Program-made: the position numbers and the translations under genes
DNA from: Chloropicon primus
Taxonomy: Eukaryota
Assembly: GCA_023205875.1 (NCBI GenBank)
Contig: CP060755.1
Location: forward strand, 806,001 to 870,000
Length of the DNA stretch: 64,000 bases
Direction of reading: 5' to 3'
Shown here: positions 20,691 to 30,848 of the stretch, piece by piece
Layout: every line of letters starts with the position of its first letter
How positions within the stretch are numbered: the stretch's first letter is position 1
The notes under the pieces: model-generated
Seen by the model: only the letters and a program-made list of their open reading frames with translations
What the model was told of the DNA's origin: nothing
Database searches by the model: none

Positions 20691-22099
20691 TCAGTGGCCG
20701 ACCCACTTGGGCGGGACTTTTGATTTCCTGATGTCGTACTCCGAGGACATGCTCTTGACGCTCGTCCTCCGAGTACCCCTGCTCCCCCTGGAGGAACCTC
20801 CGTCCCCAGGCATGAGGTTGACTCCCTGAAACAGCTGCAGCTTGTTCGACAGGAGCACGGATACCTTGGACTTCTCCCGGTCGTCTGGGTCCTCGTGCAC
20901 GTCGATGCTATACACGGGTGCCCCAGCAGCGACCGTCCCGGTGTTCTTAAGAAGGTCCCTGTCGAAGGTTCTCGCGAGGGGGTTCTCACCACCGCCCCCG
21001 GCGATGATGCAAGGCTTTCCGAAAATGCCGTGGGAAACGAACCTGGCCCCGTACAGAAGGCAAGGGGCCTCCGACGCCTTCTTCTTGAAGGGCAAGTTGG
21101 TCAGGAGCTTGACGTAATTCATGGGCTCCTTGTTCACCCTGAAGTCCCACAGCTGCAGCATGTTGGTGGTCCGCCTGCTTCCTGTCACGATGTGGTTCGG
21201 GTTGTCCCTCGCGATGTCCACCGCGTCACCGGAGACGTACGGCCCGTGAGTCGCCGCGACTGGCACCGGGGACCTCACGTCGTAGATGTTCAGGCACGAG
21301 TCCCAGCCGGAGCTGCAGAACACGTTGGGGTCGGTAGGGTGACCGCAAATGCTGTAGATGTTGCTCGTGTGTCCCACGGAGCGGTAGCCTCCCTTCTTGT
21401 ACACGGTGACCCTCTTCCTCTTCGCGGCGTCGTAGATCCTTAGCGCGCTATCGGAGCCTCCGGTCACGAAGTGCCTGCCATCGCACAAGAAGCCCGAGGC
21501 GAAGAGCTTGTTGCCCTCCTCCTGGGACTTCCAGACGAGCTGGCCTGTCGTCGTGTGGTACTGGAACAGCCTCCCTCCCGAGGTGCAGGCCAGAAGCAGG
21601 TTCTGCTGGTTGTTCGATTCCGCGACGCATGGCTGGAACTTCACGGAGGTGATGGGGTCTATCTCTTTGCCCTTTACCACCTCGATGTTGCTCCTGAGGG
21701 ACGGGGTATCCCCAGTCACGTTCACTATCTTTATCATGCCCCCCGTCGTACCCACAGCCACCATCCTTCCGTCCGCAGAGAAGGACTGGCACAGGCACTT
21801 CTGGTTCACGGTTCCGGTCTCGTTGGCGTCCACGTCCCACTCGAGCTTTGACTCCAACGCCTTGCCTCCGTTATGAGTCCTGTACTTCTCTTCCACCGGC
21901 TTCTCCTCGAACGCCTTGTTGTCATCCCTGCTCGTCTCCGTCTTCACCCTTTCCAGCTCCTCCTTGGTCAAGGTTCCCGTGGACATCCACGGAGCATCTT
22001 CCGTTACGTCCTCGATATCACTGCTAAGCAAGTTGGACAGTTTGAAAGAAACACACACACACACACACACAAGCACGAGCAAGCACACATACACACACA

Positions 22100-22146
<47 letters not shown>

Positions 22147-22279
22147 AGGGTCAGGTCCAGTCAGAGAAACCTTTGCTCCTCCACACCAAGGTGGCCCAGG
22201 GACCAAAGCAGGGGTGTCTCACTTACTCATCAAAATCATCCCCGTCCAGGTCAACCACAATTCTTTCTTCTTCCGCCAT
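20691..22279 (-). CDS. WD40-repeat protein; 2 exons
   Basis: WD units 'HFVTGGSDSALRIYD' and 'GHTSNIYSI..FCSSGWDSCLNIYD'. Exon 1 'MAEEERIVVDLDGDDFD' (22279-22227), then a GTAAGT intron with (CT)n/(GT)n tracts ending at a TAGCAG (NAGNAG) acceptor near 22021. Confidence 0.85.
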
Positions 22280-22578
22280 CTTTGGTCCTTCCTCTTGCCA
22301 AGAACACTTTCCCTCTACCTCACCCAAGCGTCAAGTCCTCAAACGAAACGACGGTCTCCCTATCTATCTATTCCCTCTGTCTGTCTTCTGTTTCCAGACA
22401 AAGGAGGAAAGGAATCCTATTCCAGTAGGAGGAAACCGTGGTGATCTTGCCTCTGCCTCTTTCGTCCTGGCCGTCTCCTTCCTCGCCGCGTCCTGGGTAT
22501 CGAACTCCGCTCGACTATGGTCTCGCTCCCTTTCCTGGATTCCTCTTCCATTTTCGAGGGCCGAAGGCGGGCCAAAGG

Positions 22579-22907
22579 CTGCAGCAGGGACAGACAGACA
22601 CAGGACACAGGAGTGCAAGGGCAAGGGCAAGGAGACCAGGACCAGGATTAGGGTTGCCCTTCACTGGACCTGGACCTTGGTGGCATCGCTCCATTCTGTT
22701 TTGTTTCCACTTGTTTGGATTGGCTCGCCGGGATCAAAGGACTGCAGCAGGGACAGACAGACACAGGACACAGGAGTGCAAGGGCAAGGGCAAGGGGACC
22801 AGGACCAGGATTAGGGTTGCCCTTCACTGGACCTGGACCTTGGTGGCATCGCTCCATTCTGTTTTGTTTCCACTTGTTTGGATTGGCTCGCCGGGATCAA
22901 AGGACTG
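22579..22907. repeat. Near-perfect 163-bp tandem duplication in a divergent promoter
   Basis: The unit CTGCAGCAGGGACAGACAGACACAGG...GGATCAAAGGA starts at 22579 and 22742. One visible mismatch (GGAGACC vs GGGGACC). Confidence 0.95.
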
Positions 22908-22952
22908 TAGTGACCCAGCCGGCAAGCGGACACCTCCATCGACCTGGTTGGG

Positions 22953-23774
22953 ATGTTTCAGGTCTTCGGCGTGCGTTGGTGCGGGCGCTTGGGGAGGCCG
23001 AGGCAGTGTGCGCTGTGGCAGGCGGACGGACGGGGGTTCGCATCGTCGTCGTGCGGGGGGGAGAAAGAGAAAGAGAAAGAGAAAGACAGGGGGCAGGGTC
23101 ATTGGCTTTCGAAGCACTTTCCCAATCAGGAGGAGTGGTTGCTGAAACAGGCCAAGGAGTGGTGGTTCAAGGGCTTGTCTGGGCTCTGCAACGAGCTCTC
23201 GCTCGGGGAGAACCACGATTTGATTGTTGAGCAGGTCCGAGAGAGGAGCGCCGTGCTGGAGCGGGAGAATGGGCATCACATCGTGGACGGGAGGTCTCGC
23301 ACGCATCTCCAACAAGCGTGCCTTGCTCTCGCCACCAACAAGGCAATTTCGCCTTGGGTTGGGGACACTGACGAGAGACTGGTGATACTGTCGCGCCTCC
23401 TCGGCAAGGACTCCGAGGCAATCTTCAACCCCCTGCAAAAGGTAGCAATCATGCTTTCGAGGGACAAGATGGCCATGATCTCGAAGCGGCTCAAGCTCCT
23501 GAAGCTCGACTACGGTCAGGCCTTTGACATGGCTATCCAAGAAGAGGAGGGGGAATGCACGCTTCAGGTGAACTCCTGCTTTTACGCACGGTTCTTCCAG
23601 GAGATGGGGTCGCCCGAGCTGACTTCAGTGACGTGCTGCTCAGTCGATTCGCTGTGGTTTGACTCCTCCGTAATACGAGAGAAGGCCCGCGTCGAGTTCT
23701 CTCGCCCTTCTTCCATATCGGAAGGCGACTGCAAGTGCGTGCTGAAGTTGGTCACCAGGCAAACGGAAGCTTAG
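22953..23774 (+). CDS. L-2-amino-thiazoline-4-carboxylate (ATC) hydrolase-like protein with organellar presequence
   Basis: The C-terminal pattern 'VNSCFYARFFQEMGSPELTSVTCCSVD..WF...FSRPSSISEGDCKC' matches the ATC_hydrolase-like (V4R-related) family. The N-terminus is Arg-rich. Confidence 0.7.
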   Translation: MFQVFGVRWCGRLGRPRQCALWQADGRGFASSSCGGEKEKEKEKDRGQGHWLSKHFPNQEEWLLKQAKEWWFKGLSGLCNELSLGENHDLIVEQVRERSAVLERENGHHIVDGRSRTHLQQACLALATNKAISPWVGDTDERLVILSRLLGKDSEAIFNPLQKVAIMLSRDKMAMISKRLKLLKLDYGQAFDMAIQEEEGECTLQVNSCFYARFFQEMGSPELTSVTCCSVDSLWFDSSVIREKARVEFSRPSSISEGDCKCVLKLVTRQTEA

Positions 23775-23877
23775 CTCCCGCTTCAAGGTCGCCGGGGAAT
23801 AGACTGTAACATCAGATATACGTGTGGTCAATCCAGATAAAAAAGCAAGGTGTATGTATATTATAAGATAACCATGG

Positions 23878-25869
23878 TCAAACGAGGAGACAGTTTCCAA
23901 ACTGATCGTAGCAGAAGGGCTCGATGTTGAGCTCAAAAGCAGAGCAAGGGAAAACAATATCGAAGTTCTTGAGCACTTCGGGGTGAATCACACCAAAGAT
24001 CCCGATTTCCTTTCCCTTGAACGACACTATCGCTTGCCGACCGGGGAAGAAGGTCTTCTCCTCGCTCTCCTTCCAAGAGTAGGCGTCCTTGGTACTCCCG
24101 TCGCCCTCCAAGTCCACAGGGACGCCGAGGATCTCCATGATCCTGTTCAGCGTCCCATGCACGACCTCGAAGCCGGAATCCTTGCCGCTGTAAAGGGCGA
24201 TGAGCCTTCGCTCGTTCTTCGCGCCCGTCTCGTGCTCCTCCGAGACGAGGATCACGTCACTCAACTCGAAGAGCTTGACTGGGACTGGGGCGTCCTTGTT
24301 CGCGGCCAGCGTCTTGAGCGCGCAGGGAAGCAAGCTAGTTCTACAGAGCTCAAATTCTAGAGTCTTCGGATTTCCTACGGTGACAGCAGTGTCCTTCATG
24401 TGCTCCCTTCGAAGGTGTGTAAAGTTCTCCTCGTGACTGCAAAGGCCAAAAGTGAGAATTTCGGTGAACCCTATCAGGGCCATTTCGTTGCGGAGCATGT
24501 CCGACAGCTGGTTCAGGGGGAACTCCTTTCCCATCGTCATGCACTGCGGAACCTCCTTCACTATGTTGTTGTAGCCCCAAGCGATCGCCACGTCCTCGTA
24601 GATGTCGCAGGCGTGCAGGATGTCCGACCTCGTAGGGGGAACTTTGACTAAGAGATCCCCTGATCCACTTGGTTCCACGAGCAGCTGCATTTTTCGCAGG
24701 AGGGAAGCGATCTTCTCGGCCCCCACATCTACGCCAATAGCTTTGCACACCTCCCCCTCGGTCACTTTGAACTCCTTGAGGCCCAGGTTGGGGTAAACCC
24801 TCTCCTTCTCGAACTGGTCGATCACGTTGACCGGCTCGATGACGAAGGGCTGCGAGCAGTACTGGGAGAACATGGTGACCACGGTGTTCAGCACGATGTT
24901 GGCCTTCGTGTGGTCCGTGGCGGTGCACTCGATGAACACGTTCTTGGTGTCCAGGGTAATGGCACTGTGGGCTCCGTTGATGATAGGCGGCAGACTCAGC
25001 ACGGTGCCGTTGCTGTCGTAAATCACCGGGAAGACGGGGGAGTCCTCGATGATGTGCAAGTACTGCTTGAGCTTCTGGTCGGACTTGTAGAACTCCATCA
25101 AGTCCTTCGCGTTGAAGTCCCGCGTCTGCTTCAGGGGGGTGAAGACGATCTTCTCCGGCGGGAGGGCCTCGTACCTGAATGGCCCCTTCAGCGTATCGAG
25201 GTCGTGCGTCCCAATCGCCACGAGCGTCCTCTGCCTGCACAAGTTCTGGTGGAGCTTGTCCTGCAAATCGATGAAGCTCTGGTAGGACTCTTTGGTGAAG
25301 GTCACCCCCCGGAGAGTCGCGCACACCACGTGCGGTCTGATCAGCGCGGTCTCGGGCTTGATCCGCATCGTCTGAATCTCTCCCCCCGCGACCACCTTGT
25401 AGGTGGGCATCTCCTCCTTGCCGAGGAAGACCCTCAGGGCCCTCGAGATCCCCTCCAGGCAGAGGAGGTCGTACCGGTTGGCCGGGATGTCGATCTTGTA
25501 TATGATCTCGTCCTCCAGGTCCGCGTCCCCCTGCCCCTCCGCCAGGCCCAGCTCCTTCCGCACCATCTCCTTCTCCGTCGTCACATCGTCCAGCTCTATT
25601 CCGAACTCGAAGCACAGGTCCTCGAACTCCTCGTCCGCTGACGTGAGAACAGAGAGAGAGAGAGAGGAAGAAGAGGAAGAAGAGGAAGCTCGCGTCAGCG
25701 ACGAGGCAACGTCCCGAGGTTCACGAAACACACACACCACACGCACGCACACACGCACGCACGCACGCACGCGCAGAGAGCGAGAGCGAGAGACGAAGGG
25801 AAAGGGAGGGATGGATAAACTCGACGCCACACTCCTCCCCTCCCTCATCCTCTCCCCACCCCTTCCACA

Positions 25870-25920
<51 letters not shown>

Positions 25921-26015
25921 TCGTTGACAGGGCGTTCGAATGCGTATTCCACGTTGACTTACTGTAAACCTTTCCGAGCTCCCTGAAGAGGTTATCCCGA
26001 CCCACAGACACCGTA

Positions 26016-26020
<5 letters not shown>
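23878..26020 (-). CDS. FARSB: Cytosolic phenylalanyl-tRNA synthetase beta subunit; 2 exons
   Basis: Exon 1 'MPTVSVGRDNLFRELGKVY' (26020-25963), intron GTAAGT...CAG (25962-25638), then 'TDEEFEDLCFEFGIELD', 'IPANRYDLLCLEG' and 'PPTRSDILHACDIYEDVAIAWG'. Confidence 0.97.

Positions 26021-26051
<31 letters not shown>
25872..26051. repeat. (CT)n/(GT)n microsatellites (representative)
   Basis: Long CT and GT tracts in the PheRS intron and 5' flank. Similar tracts occur at 22051-22138, 28180-28360, 41733-41768 and 49676-49703, and (GAT)n at 42489-42530. Confidence 0.9.
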
Positions 26052-26055
<4 letters not shown>

Positions 26056-26391
26056 TTCTCTCTCTGTCTCTCTCACTGCGCTCGGCTCTCTCCGCTCCCC
26101 GCTCTTGGCGCCGACGGACGAAACGACGTCCATTAGGAGTGTAAAGTGTCTTCCCCCTGTGACGTTACTTTTCCCAGGGAGGATCCCAGCCGCCACAAAA
26201 GGGGAACGAACGCGAAAAAAAAAAAAAAAAGTCTGCGCCTTTCGCCCTGGTGCTGCAAACAAAAAGCTGTGAGACCAGAGCAGAGTTCAGAGCGAAGAGG
26301 AAGAGGTTTTTCGTGTGCCGTGTGTGTGTTTGTGTGTTTTTTTTTGGATCAAGGGAAGCGTTCGTAACGTGCGTAACGTAACTGTGACGTC

Positions 26392-28106
26392 ATGGTGGTA
26401 GCCGAGTTAACCAAGGATCAGAAAATCCTGTTGACATCAGCCCTGCAGCTGATTCGGGAGACGGATACGGGGGTGAAGGCCTCGGTCGTGGACAAGCTCG
26501 AGAAGGAGCTCAAGTCCAAGAGCTGCGTTGTGGAGTCCAGCGAGGTCACCTTGTCGGACTTGCTCACGGTAAGTGCTTTTTCTCTGCCTTTGCTTTTGCC
26601 TTTGCCCGCCCCCAAAGACGAAACAAACACGCATGCTTGCAGCATGCGCATTTGCATGGAGTTCTCGGCGACGGACGCGTGACTGACTGACTTTCTTTCC
26701 TCTGCCTTTCCAATGATTTGCAGAGCATCAAGCGCAAGCTAGAGGACGACGAGCCCCAAAAGAGTGCGAAGAAGCAGAAGGTAGAGAAGGAGTCTTCCAG
26801 CGACGACTCGAGCTCGAGCGACTCGGGCAGCAGCAGCAGCAGCAGCAGCAGCTCGAGCGACTCGGACTCGGACTCGTCGAGCGAGAGCGAGAGCGAGGAG
26901 AAGCCAAAGAAGTCCAAGGACAGCGGCAGCAAGAAGACCGAGAAGGCGAAGAAGGAGGACTCGAGCTCGTCCGACGACGACGACTCGAGCGACTCGGAGG
27001 ACTCCTCCTCCTCCTCCAGCGACTCCGAGGAGTCCAAGGAGCCCGAGAAGAAGAAGGCGAAGAAGAAGGACTCGAGCTCGTCCGACGACAGCGACGACGA
27101 CTCGAGCGACTCGGAGGACTCCTCCTCCAGCGACTCCGGGTCCAGCAGCAGCAGCAGCAGCGACTCTGGCGAGAAGAAGAAGAAGAAGAAGAAGGAGAAG
27201 AAGGAGGAGAAGGACGATGGTTTGAAGATCCACAAGAAGGGGGGCGCGGACAACGCATCCAACCCCGCCCAGGACTTCGGCGGCACCGAGCAGGCCGCCG
27301 GGAGCACCAGGATCTTCGCCGGAAACCTTCCTTGGGCCGCCGACGAGGAGAGCATGAAGGAGCTCTTCCAGTCCCTCGGGGGCAAGGTCGTGACCGTGGA
27401 CATCGCGTACGGCGAGGACGGCAGGGCCAGAGGGTTCGGGCACGTCAGCTTCACGGACTCCGCGGACGCGGCCAAGGCCGTGAACGAGCTCAACGGCGCG
27501 GACTACTTGGGAAGGCCCCTGAGGCTCGACCACGCCACGGAGAGGAGGAACCCCCCCAAGGAGAGGCAGGCCTTCACCGGCCCCGTCAGCGGGACCACGA
27601 TCTTCGTCAAGGGCTTGGACTACAACATGACCGAGGACGACATCAGGAACGGCATGACGGAGTTCTTCCAGGAGTGCGGCGGAGTCTCCCAGGTCAGGGT
27701 CCCCATGGACAGAGAGACCGGAGGGCACAAGGGCTACTGCTTCATCGAGTTCTACGAGGCTGACGCCAAGACCAAGGCCATGGAGTACGACGGCAGCGAG
27801 TTCGGAGGCCGCTGGATCAAGATCGACGGCAACGTTCCCGAGAGGACCGGGGGCGGAGGAGGAGGCGGGGGCGGCTTCGGCGGCTCCCCCAGGGGCGGAA
27901 GGGGCGGCTTCGGCGGAGGAAGGGGCGGAGGAAGGGGCGGCTTTGGCGGCTCCCCCAGGGGAGGAAGGGGCGGCTTCGGCGGCTCCCCCAGGGGCGGAAG
28001 GGGCGGCTTCGGCGGAGGAAGGGGCGGAGGAAGGGGCGGCATGACGGGATCCAACAGGATCAGCCTCGACGGCGCGGGCACGGGCAAGAAGGTCACCTTT
28101 GACTAA
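26392..28106 (+). CDS. Nucleolin-like protein (acidic Ser/Asp tracts, 2 RRMs, GAR/RGG tail); 2 exons
   Basis: Exon 1 26392-26568 and intron GTAAGT...CAG 26569-26723. RRMs 'IFAGNLPW..RGFGHVSF' and 'IFVKGL..KGYCFIEF', RGG repeats, and terminal 'GKKVTFD'. Confidence 0.93.
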
Positions 28107-28310
28107 ATGATGATCATCTCTCTCACTGCTGGTGGATGGATGGATGGATGGATGGATGTGGGAGAGAGAAGAAGAGGCGGAGAGAGAGGAGAGAGAGAGA
28201 GAGAGAGAGATTGTGTGTGTAACCAATATATTGATCTGTAATCGAATCGAATCGCAAGAAGAAGGCAAAAGGAGTTGTTGGAGTTCCCCCTTCCTTCCCT
28301 TCCAGGAGAG

Positions 28311-28356
<46 letters not shown>

Positions 28357-28741
28357 GAGAGAGGGATGAAAAAGGAAGAGAGCAGAGGAGGAGCAGAGGA
28401 GAAGGAAACCACAAAGCAAAGCAAAGATTAATGGAAAGGAAACTCCATTGTCCTTGTGTCCGCCAGAGCAGGCCGCAGCAGCAGAATCTTTGGCCCTCGC
28501 TGCGGCCTCCTGGACCCCACGTGACTGTCACGTAGAAATCCCACTTTGTTTTTTGTTTTTTATCCGTCTATCCCAAAGATCAAGGATGAGGAGTAGAAAA
28601 TCCATTTCAAATCCTCCTTCGATGGTCACGAGGGTGACGAGGCGTCCAGCTCGAGACTCAGTTGGACGAACTTGACGTCGACGCTGCTTGGGGTTTTGCT
28701 TTGCTCTGAGACACACGAGAGACACGACGACGACGACGTAG

Positions 28742-29167
28742 ATGGTGGGAGGTTGCCGCGCGACACCTCCTCCTTCTCACAAGAGAAACGTTCAGGCGCG
28801 AAGCAAAGCGTCGTCGCTTTGTTGGGAGAAGAGGACGTCTCTTTCTTGCCATCCGCAGTACCCGTACCCCCACCGTCGTCATCATCTTCCGCAACAACAG
28901 CAGCAGCAAAGTCGTCGCCGTCGTCATGCGAGAGGAAAGGTAGAGACGAGGGCGCTTCTTCCGATGGCGGGAACGAGTTACGCCCTCGCGGTGGCGCTCC
29001 AGGCGTCCAAGGCGAAGCTCCCGGCCATGCTCGTGGTCTCGGCCAAGGGCGCGGCACCTCCTCTGGCTCTGCTGGCGAGCGCCGTCCTCGCGGCGGTGGC
29101 CTCGGTCCTCGTGTCCAAGGGCCTGAACGAGGAGACGCAGGACGCGAGCGGGCCAGCCCCCCTGTGA
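28742..29167 (+). CDS. Small hypothetical plastid membrane protein
   Basis: ATG-initiated 141-aa ORF with a Ser/Arg-rich N-terminus ending 'RGKVETRA' (transit-peptide cleavage-like), then hydrophobic Ala/Leu helices with high GC3. TGTAA at 29308. Confidence 0.5.
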   Translation: MVGGCRATPPPSHKRNVQARSKASSLCWEKRTSLSCHPQYPYPHRRHHLPQQQQQQSRRRRHARGKVETRALLPMAGTSYALAVALQASKAKLPAMLVVSAKGAAPPLALLASAVLAAVASVLVSKGLNEETQDASGPAPL

Positions 29168-29540
29168 CGTGGTCCAAACGTCACCCGCAATTCGCTCTCT
29201 CTCTCTGGGACTCTGGGACTCTGGGACGACGACGACGACGACGCGTCTCTCTCGGCGCGCGCGTGTGTAGTGTATCAAGAAGAAGAAAAAAGAGAGTTGC
29301 TAGAATATGTAACATGACCAACCGAACTCCAAGCGTTCTTCTTCCTCTCTTGGCCTCGTCGCCCGTCCTCCTCCTCGAAAAAGAATGAATAATAGAAAAC
29401 GACGATTTGTGATATTCTTTATCGAGTTCTTCTCGCTCCCGTCGGGGCGCGCTTCCCTTTTTTTCTCACTCCCCATCCCCCCACACCCACCCACCTTCTC
29501 TCTGTCTCTCTCTCTCTGTCTCTCTGTCTCCCTCTCTCTC

Positions 29541-30269
29541 TCAAGGCTTTGGGCACTCGGCGTCGAAGACCTCCTCCTCCGCTCTGCACTTTCTCAGGTC
29601 GTTGCTGCGGGGCAGAGAAGACGCGGGTGGGCGGAGACACACGCAGAGAGGAAAGTCAGTACAGCAGGCAACAACGCAGGACGTGCCGTCGTCGACGCCT
29701 GATCTTGGAAGCAGCAGCCTTCCTCCTCGGCACGCACGCGCAAGGAAGAAGAACCGTTCCTTGTCAACAGGATCGATATTGTCCACCAGACACAACTGCA
29801 CTCACCTGTAGCGATCCAAGCACTGCTCGTACGTGTCCATGCTGGATTTGCAGGAGGCCCTCAAGTCCTTCAGTCTGTGGGGGAAGCGGATCGAGAGAGA
29901 GAGAGAGAGAGAGAGAATTCGGTCAGGTTTTTTAGCCGCCGGTGAATGAAAACGCTTATCGTGCGCGCGCGCGCGCGCTTCGACTCCCTCCTCTCCTCCA
30001 ACAGCAATTCAAATCATTCGTCCGTTCCACTCGGTTGTTCCGCTCAGCTCCAGTCACACAACAGCAACAGCAACAACAACTTTCACTTCCACTTACACCT
30101 TCCCCATGCAGATCATGACCGCTTCGCCTTCCTTGAGGCAAACGCTGGGGTCCAAGTCCCGCTTCTTGCACCTCAAGAAGGTCATCGAGACCTCCTTGCA
30201 ACGCTCGCCGATGTGCTTGTGCGCGGCGTAGAGCACGCTCGAGGTTGGAATGATATCTTCCTCCGCCAT
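29541..30269 (-). CDS. NDUFA8: Mitochondrial complex I subunit NDUFA8 (CX9C protein); 3 exons
   Basis: Exons 30269-30097, 29874-29806 and 29604-29541 give 'PTSSVLYAAHKHIGERC...FLRCKK..DPSVCLKEGEAVMIC...CKSSMDTYEQCLD..NDLRKCRAEEEVFDAEC', with canonical GT-AG introns. Confidence 0.9.
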
Positions 30270-30848
30270 TTTTTTTTTCTTCAGTTGGTTTGGTTTGGTT
30301 TGGTTTGGTTTGTTTCTCCCTTCCCGACAAAGTATCCAATCCAATGGAGGACGTCCTGATGTGACAAAAACAGAAGAACGCGCGTTCGATTGGCCCAACT
30401 CAAGCACTTCTCTCCCGCGACCCTCTCGCCTCTCTCTCTCTCTCTTCGCACTCTCCGCGCCCGCCAAGCCAAGGGTTTTTCTGGACGAAACCTTTTTTTT
30501 TCTTCCCAGCCTACAGCAGATCAGCGGAGGGGAACATCAGCTGAGGGGAACAATTGGCGATGTACATCGCATCGATGTGATGGAGGGGGGAGGGAGCAGG
30601 GGGGAGGGAGCAGGGGGGCACACCAGGCGGACGCCCAGGCCAGGCCAGATGGGTTGCGGTGACCCCCGCCCAAGCTTGGGCATTGCCACGAACCCGGAGG
30701 GCGACAGGGCGGAAGGGGGCCACCACTCGGTGTGTGGCAAGAGTGCTCGAAGAAAGGAAAATATTCCTACTTTACATGTTGTACAATCGCTGTTGTTACA
30801 CATCGTTCCAGAGGTGCGGTTTGTTTGCTTGCCGTCCAAAGTCCAAAG

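Noticed and set aside
22647..22820. TTAGGG telomere-like words
   Set aside because: They are single occurrences inside the duplicated unit, not an array.
26790..27215. Internal Ser/Asp/Lys repeats as a novel repeat element
   Set aside because: These are the ordinary acidic/basic N-terminal tracts of nucleolin.
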